Shown here in pieces: positions 57,854 through 64,000 of a stretch of 64,000 nt of DNA. The position numbers and the translations under genes are program-made. The stretch covers positions 560,622 through 624,621 of the forward strand of contig OY730228.1 of the NCBI GenBank assembly GCA_963422565.1. The letters run 5' to 3'. Below the pieces are notes generated by a model, which worked only from the letters and a program-made list of their open reading frames with translations, was not told the origin of the DNA and ran no database searches. The stretch is from Alphaproteobacteria bacterium (GTDB lineage Bacteria > Pseudomonadota > Alphaproteobacteria > MPNO01). The stretch's first letter is position 1; every line of letters starts with the position of its first letter.

Positions 57854-59776
57854 TTACGAGTCGCCGGATGCGGATGCGCGGACGGTCGGTCCGACGGATG
57901 ATGCGGCCGGCATCATGAAGCCCGCGAAGAACGCGGCCAACGACCGCCGGTCCGAGAGCGGCAGAACGCCCGCGACGAACTGATCCGGGCGGACGACGAC
58001 GACCGCGCCGCGCGCACGGTCGATCTCGCGGAGATCGAAAATATCGCAGCCGTCTTTCGGGTCGGCGCAGAAGATCTTCTCGTAGTCGGTCAGGCCGTAG
58101 CGTCCCTTGGACGGCAACAGCAAGGACGGCATCGCCTCGAGCGCAAGCGCACGATGCCCCGTCTGGAAGACAACGCGGACATCGATGACGGAATCGATAT
58201 CCGCCCCGTCGGGAGTATGCCGCCGAAGCGGGCCTGCCGGATCGCCCAAGAGATGATCGCAGAGCCCGGCCACGCCGCCGTCCGGCTGTCCCTCGTCCCG
58301 GGCTGCGGCGAAGACGATCAGCCGCCAGCGCCCGTCGGCCTCGAGAACATGTCCCAGATGCATCGGCTTCGCGTCGGCAACCCGGATGACGGGGGCGGAG
58401 TGGAAGCGCATGCCGACCGTCAGGCCGCGCGCGAGCGCCTGATGCCGATCCGAGCCGGTCACGATCGACGGGTCGTAGCGGGTCTCCACTCCGGCGGTAT
58501 AGCGGGCATGCTTCGTGAAATAGCGCTGGAACTCCGCCGCCGCCGCATTCTCCGGCCTGGTGCTGAACAGGCGCGCCATGTCGCGGTCGAAATCGATCAA
58601 CTCCTTGGCCTTGGCGCGGCGTTCGTCGGAATAGCTGTGCAGCAAGGCCGGGGCGGCCTGCCCGCGCAGCACGGCGGCCAGCTTCCAACCCAGATTGAAG
58701 GCGTCCGCCATGGAGACGTTCATGCCCTGACCGGCTTTCGGGCTGTGGGTATGGCAGGCATCGCCCGCGATGAAGACTTGCGGGTTGCGTCCGGCCCGGT
58801 CGCCCTCGGGCACGTCGTCGAACGCGTCGCAGACGCGCTGCCCGATCTCGTAGGCCGACCACCAGGGCATCTCCTTCACGTCCAGGCGGTAGGGATCGAG
58901 GATCGCCCGCGCTTTTTCGATCAAGGATGCGGGCGTCACCCTCCGGTCGGCCGCGCGTTCGTCCGCCCGGAGCTCGTCCAGCTCGATATACATCCGCACC
59001 AGGTAACCACCTTCGCGGGGAATGACGAGAACGCTCCCCAGCTCGGCGGACTGAAGCGCGCATTTGAGGCGGATATCGGGGAAATCGGTGACCGCCAGCA
59101 CATCCATCACGCCCCAGAGCTGGCGGGCCGCCTCGCCTTTCAGCTTGTGGCCGAGCGATTCGCGGACCGTGCTGCGCGCCCCGTCGCAGCCGACCGCGTA
59201 GCGGGCGCAGACCGTCTCCCGCGCGCCCCCCCGATCGAGGCGGCGGAAGACGGCGACGACGGGGTATCGGGCGTTTCGCTCGATGCGAAGGTCGATCAGT
59301 TCGCGGTTGTAGTCCGGCGCCAGCCTGCGCGGGGCCTTCGCCATGGCCTCCAGATAGAAGTCGTGGACCCGCGCCTGGTTCAGGACGGTATGGGGAAATT
59401 CCGAAAGCCCGTCCTCGACATCCTGAACGCGGTCCGCTCTGGCGAGGCCCCGCCCCTTCGGACCGGGCCGCCAGAAGGTCGTCTCGTTGACCCAATAGGC
59501 TTCTTTCGCCACCTTCTCCGCGAATCCGAACGCTTCGAACATCTCCATCGTACGACAGGCGATGCCGTCGGCTTGGCCGCGTTCGAGCGGCCCCGGTTTC
59601 CGCTCCGCGATCATGGTGGAGATATCCGGAAAGGCGGCGAGCTGCGCGGCGAGCGTCAGCCCGGCCGGGCCACAGCCGACGACAAGGACATCGACGGCCC
59701 CGGCCCCGGCGCCGCCCGCAACCGCTTCGGCGACGCTCGGATCGCCGCTTCGGTAGCCGTTCAGGTGGAATTGCAT
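57854..59776 (-). CDS. FAD-dependent phenol/3-hydroxybenzoate hydroxylase (MobA/PheA-like) with thioredoxin-like C-terminal domain
   Basis: MQFHLNGYRSGDP, VGCGPAG, GCDGARS, AGDACHTHSPKAGQGMN, VVRPDQ. Confidence 0.93.
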   Translation of the reverse strand: MQFHLNGYRSGDPSVAEAVAGGAGAGAVDVLVVGCGPAGLTLAAQLAAFPDISTMIAERKPGPLERGQADGIACRTMEMFEAFGFAEKVAKEAYWVNETTFWRPGPKGRGLARADRVQDVEDGLSEFPHTVLNQARVHDFYLEAMAKAPRRLAPDYNRELIDLRIERNARYPVVAVFRRLDRGGARETVCARYAVGCDGARSTVRESLGHKLKGEAARQLWGVMDVLAVTDFPDIRLKCALQSAELGSVLVIPREGGYLVRMYIELDELRADERAADRRVTPASLIEKARAILDPYRLDVKEMPWWSAYEIGQRVCDAFDDVPEGDRAGRNPQVFIAGDACHTHSPKAGQGMNVSMADAFNLGWKLAAVLRGQAAPALLHSYSDERRAKAKELIDFDRDMARLFSTRPENAAAAEFQRYFTKHARYTAGVETRYDPSIVTGSDRHQALARGLTVGMRFHSAPVIRVADAKPMHLGHVLEADGRWRLIVFAAARDEGQPDGGVAGLCDHLLGDPAGPLRRHTPDGADIDSVIDVRVVFQTGHRALALEAMPSLLLPSKGRYGLTDYEKIFCADPKDGCDIFDLREIDRARGAVVVVRPDQFVAGVLPLSDRRSLAAFFAGFMMPAASSVGPTVRASASGDS

Positions 59777-59837
59777 GATATCCGGGAACGCTCGGAGACT
59801 CGGTTGCAGGATCCCGTTCGACGCAACCTCCGGCCTC

Positions 59838-60908
59838 CTATCCGATGCGGCTGCCGTCTTCGCCGAAGAGGAAGAGATGCTCCGGAGTAAAACGGACGCC
59901 GAGCCGGGTCCCGGCGCGATAGGACGATGCGCCGTCGACGACGGCGATCAGATCGCTGTCGCCGCCATAGTCGAAATAGAGCAGCGTGTCCTTGCCGAGC
60001 GGCTCGACCAGGTGGATCCGCTCGTCGAGCTCGCCTTCGGTTCCCACGGCCAGATGCTCGGGCCGGATGCCCAGCGTCGCCGGGCCGGGCGCGGCGCGCG
60101 CGAGCATCGGCGGGAGCGCGACCGAGAAACGGTCGTTGCGGAAGGAAACGACGCCGTTCGCCCGCTCGATCGTGCCGGAAATCAGGTTCATCGACGGGCT
60201 GCCGAAGAAGTCGGCGACGAAGAGCGAGACCGGATCGCCGTAGATCTCGAGCGGCGTGCCGAGCTGCTCGACCTCGCCGGCACGCATCACGACGATGCGG
60301 TCGGCGAGCGTCATCGCCTCTTCCTGGTCATGGGTGACATAGATGAAGGTCTTGCGGAGCTCCTGATGGAGGCGGTCGACCTCGGCCCGCATCTCGCGTC
60401 GGAGCTTGGCGTCGAGGCTCGACAACGGCTCGTCGAGGAGAAACGTGTCGGGATCGGTGATCAGGGTCCGGGCGAGCGCCACCCGTTGCGACTCGCCGCC
60501 CGAGCACTGACCGGGCATCTTGTCGAGCAGATGGGAGATACGGACCATCTCGGCCACCTCGCGCACCCGCCGGCGTCGCGTCTCGGGATCGACCTTCTTC
60601 ATCCTCGGACCGAACTCGATGTTCTGGGCGACCGTCTTGTGCGGGAACAAAGCGTGGCTTTGAAAGACCATGCCGAGATTGCGATCGCCCGGCTCGATCT
60701 CGTTGACCACGACGCCGTCCATCCGGATCGCACCCGCGCTCGGATCCTCGAACCCGGCGATCATGCGCAGCGTGGTCGTCTTTCCGCAGCCGGACGGGCC
60801 GACCATGACCAGGAACTCGCCGTCCTCGATGGCGAGGCTCAGATCCTTCACCGCCACGACCGACCGGCCGAATTCCTTGCGCAGGTTCTGGATCTCGATG
60901 CGCGCCAT
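59838..60908 (-). CDS. CUT1 (MalK-like) ABC ATP-binding protein
   Basis: GPSGCGKTT, SGGESQRVAL, DEPLSSLDA, YVTHDQEEAMT, TOBE domain. Confidence 0.95.
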   Translation of the reverse strand: MARIEIQNLRKEFGRSVVAVKDLSLAIEDGEFLVMVGPSGCGKTTTLRMIAGFEDPSAGAIRMDGVVVNEIEPGDRNLGMVFQSHALFPHKTVAQNIEFGPRMKKVDPETRRRRVREVAEMVRISHLLDKMPGQCSGGESQRVALARTLITDPDTFLLDEPLSSLDAKLRREMRAEVDRLHQELRKTFIYVTHDQEEAMTLADRIVVMRAGEVEQLGTPLEIYGDPVSLFVADFFGSPSMNLISGTIERANGVVSFRNDRFSVALPPMLARAAPGPATLGIRPEHLAVGTEGELDERIHLVEPLGKDTLLYFDYGGDSDLIAVVDGASSYRAGTRLGVRFTPEHLFLFGEDGSRIG

Positions 60909-60912
60909 ATCG

Positions 60913-61794
60913 CTACCTTCTCACCATGCCGAAGCTGAACCCGCGCGCGAGATGTCTGCGGATGAAGACTCCGACTATCACGAGCGGGATCGTGACGCCG
61001 ACCGCAAGCGCCGCCTGGCGGCCATAGACCCGCCCCTCGGTCGATCCCTCATACTTGCTGAGCTCCACCGGCAGCGTCACGACCTCGGTCTTGGACAGGA
61101 TCAGCGCCAGGAGATACTCGCTCCAGGTCAGGATGAGGATGAACAGGAAGGTCGCCACCAGACCCGATCTGACCAGCGGCAGCACCACCTCCCAGATCGT
61201 CCGCCAGCGGCCCGCGCCGAGAATCATCGCGGCCTGCTCGACCTCGCGCGGGACCTCGTCGATGAAGCTCTTGGTCATCCACACCGCATAGGGAAGCGTC
61301 GTCAGGAAGTAGACGATCACCAGCCCCAGCACGGTATCGAGCAACCCGAGCGTCGAGTAGTAGAGCGAGAGCGGCGCGACGACGACGATCGGTGGCACCA
61401 TGCGCAGCATCAGGAGCTGGAACATCCGCGTTTCGGACAGGATCCGGTAGCGCGACACGCCGTAGGCGAGAACCGCCCCGAACCCGACCGCGAGGATCGT
61501 CGAGGTGAACGAGATGACCAGGCTGTTGCGGAGCGCGATCCACGGCTTCTGCAGCGACTTGATGTATTGGGTGTCCTCGTATTCGGAATAGTCGGTCCAG
61601 ACGTTGAGATAATTGTTGAGCGTCGGCTCCTGCGACCAGTAGACGGGCGGCCAGGCGAACCATTCATGGTCCGGCTTGAACGAGGTCGAGATCACCCAGA
61701 AGATCGGAAAGGCCACGATCGACAGCCAGATCAGGAGCAGGATGTAGCGCCCCGCCTCGAAGGCGGTCTTGCGTTGGCCGCGAGTCAGTGCCAT
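60913..61794 (-). CDS. CUT1 ABC permease (MalG-like)
   Basis: FPIFWVISTSFK; EAA-like EVEQAAMILGA; WSEYL. Confidence 0.94.
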   Translation of the reverse strand: MALTRGQRKTAFEAGRYILLLIWLSIVAFPIFWVISTSFKPDHEWFAWPPVYWSQEPTLNNYLNVWTDYSEYEDTQYIKSLQKPWIALRNSLVISFTSTILAVGFGAVLAYGVSRYRILSETRMFQLLMLRMVPPIVVVAPLSLYYSTLGLLDTVLGLVIVYFLTTLPYAVWMTKSFIDEVPREVEQAAMILGAGRWRTIWEVVLPLVRSGLVATFLFILILTWSEYLLALILSKTEVVTLPVELSKYEGSTEGRVYGRQAALAVGVTIPLVIVGVFIRRHLARGFSFGMVRR

Positions 61795-61797
61795 GGC

Positions 61798-62784
61798 TCA
61801 GCCCGTCCGTTCCGCGGGCGCGACACCGTACATGTCGTCGAGCGCCCGCTTCTCGCGCCGCAGCAGATAGATCGCCGCCAGCACGATCGCGATCATGATC
61901 ATCATCACCACATAGGACATCGCGGCCCCCTTGGAGACCTCGAAATACTGCCAGGTGGTGATGTAGAGATAGATTGGGATCGTCTCGGTCGCCGAGCCCG
62001 GCCCGCCCTGGAACAGCGACCAGGCCTTGGGAAACTCGGCCATCGCCTCCAGGAAGCGCAGCACGATCGCGAGCACGATCACCGGCCGCAGAAGCGGCAG
62101 CTGGATCTCGAGGAAGATCCGCCACTTGGAAGCGCCCAGAACCTCGGCCGCCTCCTGGGGCTCGCGCGGAAGCGAGGCGAGCCCGGCGATCATGATGATG
62201 AAGGAGAACGGCACCCAGTTCCAGATCTCGAGCAGCATGACGGTGACGAGCGCCATCCTCGCGTCGGCGAGCCAGATGACGTTGATGTCCCGCCCGGAGA
62301 GCCAGCTCAAGACGTCGTTGATCGGCCCCTTCTGATAGAGCAGCATCTCGCCGGTATAGGCGATCACGATCGGCACCGTGAGCATCGGCAGGATGAAGAG
62401 GATGTAGAAGAAGGCCTGGCCGCGGAACGGCCGGTACATCAGGAGCGCGAGCCCGAAACCGATCACGAAGCAGCCGATCGTGGAGCCGGCCGCGAACAGC
62501 AGGGAGCGTATGATCGCGACCCCCAACCTGGGGTCGGTGACCACCTCGCGGAATATCTCGAGGCCCGCGAACTCGGCCTCCCACCAGCTTCCGAGATAGA
62601 TCGAGAAGTCGTGGAACGAGAAGTAGAGCTGCAGGAACAGGACCGGCCCCAGCACCCCCAGCATCAACGCCAGGAACAGCCCGAGCACGGACCATTTGAA
62701 GCGCCGCACCGCGCGCGCCTGGGTCATCTCGCGCCGGTTGGCCCGCGCCTCGGGCAGCGTCACCGCCTCCATGCTCGCCGCCAT
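61798..62784 (-). CDS. CUT1 ABC permease (MalF-like)
   Basis: WNWVPF, AGLASLPREPQEAAEVLGA, PGSATET. Confidence 0.94.
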   Translation of the reverse strand: MAASMEAVTLPEARANRREMTQARAVRRFKWSVLGLFLALMLGVLGPVLFLQLYFSFHDFSIYLGSWWEAEFAGLEIFREVVTDPRLGVAIIRSLLFAAGSTIGCFVIGFGLALLMYRPFRGQAFFYILFILPMLTVPIVIAYTGEMLLYQKGPINDVLSWLSGRDINVIWLADARMALVTVMLLEIWNWVPFSFIIMIAGLASLPREPQEAAEVLGASKWRIFLEIQLPLLRPVIVLAIVLRFLEAMAEFPKAWSLFQGGPGSATETIPIYLYITTWQYFEVSKGAAMSYVVMMIMIAIVLAAIYLLRREKRALDDMYGVAPAERTG

Positions 62785-62845
62785 GGCCTCCGAGCCCGAA
62801 TCGGCCGGAGGCGCAACCCACCGCGCCTCCGGCATCTCGGATGGA

Positions 62846-64000
62846 TCAGGTCGGGACGTCGACCTTCGGGAAGACCGCCTTGTAGCTCGACAACTCGTTC
62901 TTGAGCCGGCGCTTGCCGATGCGGCGGACAATCTTGGCCCAGGCTTCCTCGGTGTCCTTCAGCACGCTCTCCGCCTTCCGCTGCCCGACATAGGCCTCGG
63001 ACAGATTCTTGGCGAGCTGGTCCTGGAACTCGAGATAGCCGGTCAGATAGATCGGCGGAGAGGCGACCTTCAGGCTGGTCTCGATGGCCGCCAGGCCGCC
63101 CGGTGTGTAGGCTGTCTTGACCAGATCGGAGGTCATATGGCCGGTGTGCCAGGGATCGTGGAACGTGTTGATCCGATCGGCCACGATCTCCTCGGAGTTC
63201 TTGAGCGTGCCCCACCACATCGCCATATAGGCCGCCTTCTCCTTGTTCGGGGAGTGGCGGTTCACCAGGATCGCGCCGAGCGGCGAGGAGATCGACCGGT
63301 GGACCAGCTTGCCGGAGAAGCTGGAGCCGGGCGCCAGGCCGTAATGCCATTTGCCGGCGGTCTTCGATTTCTCCGGGTTCTCGTTGAGCGCGATGATGCC
63401 GTCCCAGTACTGGCAGGCGAACGCCTTGCCCGAGGTGATGCGCGGGATCATCTGCGGGGTGCCCCAGCCCGGCGCCTCGGGATGCGAGACCTTCTTGACG
63501 TTGAGATAGGTCTCGACGGCGTAGTGCCCGGCCGGCGTGTCCAGCGTCGGGTTCATGTCGTCGTCGAACGGGAACCCGCCCGCCGAATAGAAATACATGT
63601 ACCACCAGGTGACGCCGTTGGCCCGGTTGCGCAGGTTGGCGGAGCCCCAGAGCTCCTGGTCCGGCCGATGGAAGAACTCCATCACCTGCTGGTCTTCCTC
63701 CCAGGTCACCGGGTAGTCGAGCTTCCGGCCGTGCTTGTCCTCGAAGCGCTTCTGCTCGTCCGGGTTCTCCATGAGGTCCTTGCGGGTGAACTGGACATGG
63801 ACGTTGCCGTCGGTCGGCACGCCGTAGGTGTTGCCCTTGTAGCGCATGAAGTTGCCGTAGGTACCGACCGCGTCGATCGAGAAATCGGCCTTCTTCATGT
63901 AGCCGTCGAGCGGCTCCAGCAGCCCGGCCGAGGCGAGCGATGGGATCATGTTGGAATCGACGTGAAAGAAGTCGAACTCGGGAGACCGCGACAGCGCCTC
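62846..64000 (-). CDS. CUT1 ABC extracellular solute-binding protein (5' end beyond the window)
   Basis: The frame stays open to base 64000 (EALSRSPEFDFFHVDSNMIP...); SBP_bac_1-like YGVPTDG and LLEPLDGY. Confidence 0.9.
   Translation of the reverse strand, partial: EALSRSPEFDFFHVDSNMIPSLASAGLLEPLDGYMKKADFSIDAVGTYGNFMRYKGNTYGVPTDGNVHVQFTRKDLMENPDEQKRFEDKHGRKLDYPVTWEEDQQVMEFFHRPDQELWGSANLRNRANGVTWWYMYFYSAGGFPFDDDMNPTLDTPAGHYAVETYLNVKKVSHPEAPGWGTPQMIPRITSGKAFACQYWDGIIALNENPEKSKTAGKWHYGLAPGSSFSGKLVHRSISSPLGAILVNRHSPNKEKAAYMAMWWGTLKNSEEIVADRINTFHDPWHTGHMTSDLVKTAYTPGGLAAIETSLKVASPPIYLTGYLEFQDQLAKNLSEAYVGQRKAESVLKDTEEAWAKIVRRIGKRRLKNELSSYKAVFPKVDVPT

Overview
A 64-kb chromosomal segment from a very GC-rich (about 70%) alphaproteobacterium. 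The gene orders mfd-sdhE-recG, tRNA-Leu-tig-clpP-clpX-lon-HU-tRNA-Val-tRNA-Asp and xseB-ispA-dxs-tlyA, plus an NDUFS4-like gene, suggest a Rhodospirillales-like organism; this is inference. A housekeeping core (about 18.8-50.4 kb, four tRNAs) is flanked by accessory DNA. (1) At 2.9-7.2 kb is a surface-protein cassette: a Slam (type 11 secretion) translocon behind a lower-GC TbpB-like lipoprotein. The lipoprotein's 5' leader holds 29 perfect copies of a 13-bp unit, lying between a sigma70-like promoter and the RBS. On the sense strand the array is open in all three frames and each unit has an AUG, so copy number could act as an expression or translation switch. (2) At 9.5-17.7 kb is an uncharacterised catabolic cluster. 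It starts with two tandem paralogous QueG/reductive-dehalogenase-like 2x[4Fe-4S] proteins coupled to a PaaK-like CoA ligase, followed by a GlcG/HbpS protein, an MBL hydrolase, a NadX-like dehydrogenase, a PaaG-like crotonase and a second aryl-CoA ligase. (3) At 50.5-64 kb is an aromatic uptake and catabolism region: UbiD, a core MetE-like enzyme, an esterase, a TAXI-TRAP system, a GST, a MobA-like hydroxylase and a CUT1 ABC transporter. No CRISPR array, integrase, transposase or rRNA was seen. All family calls come from motif recognition by eye; no database search was run.
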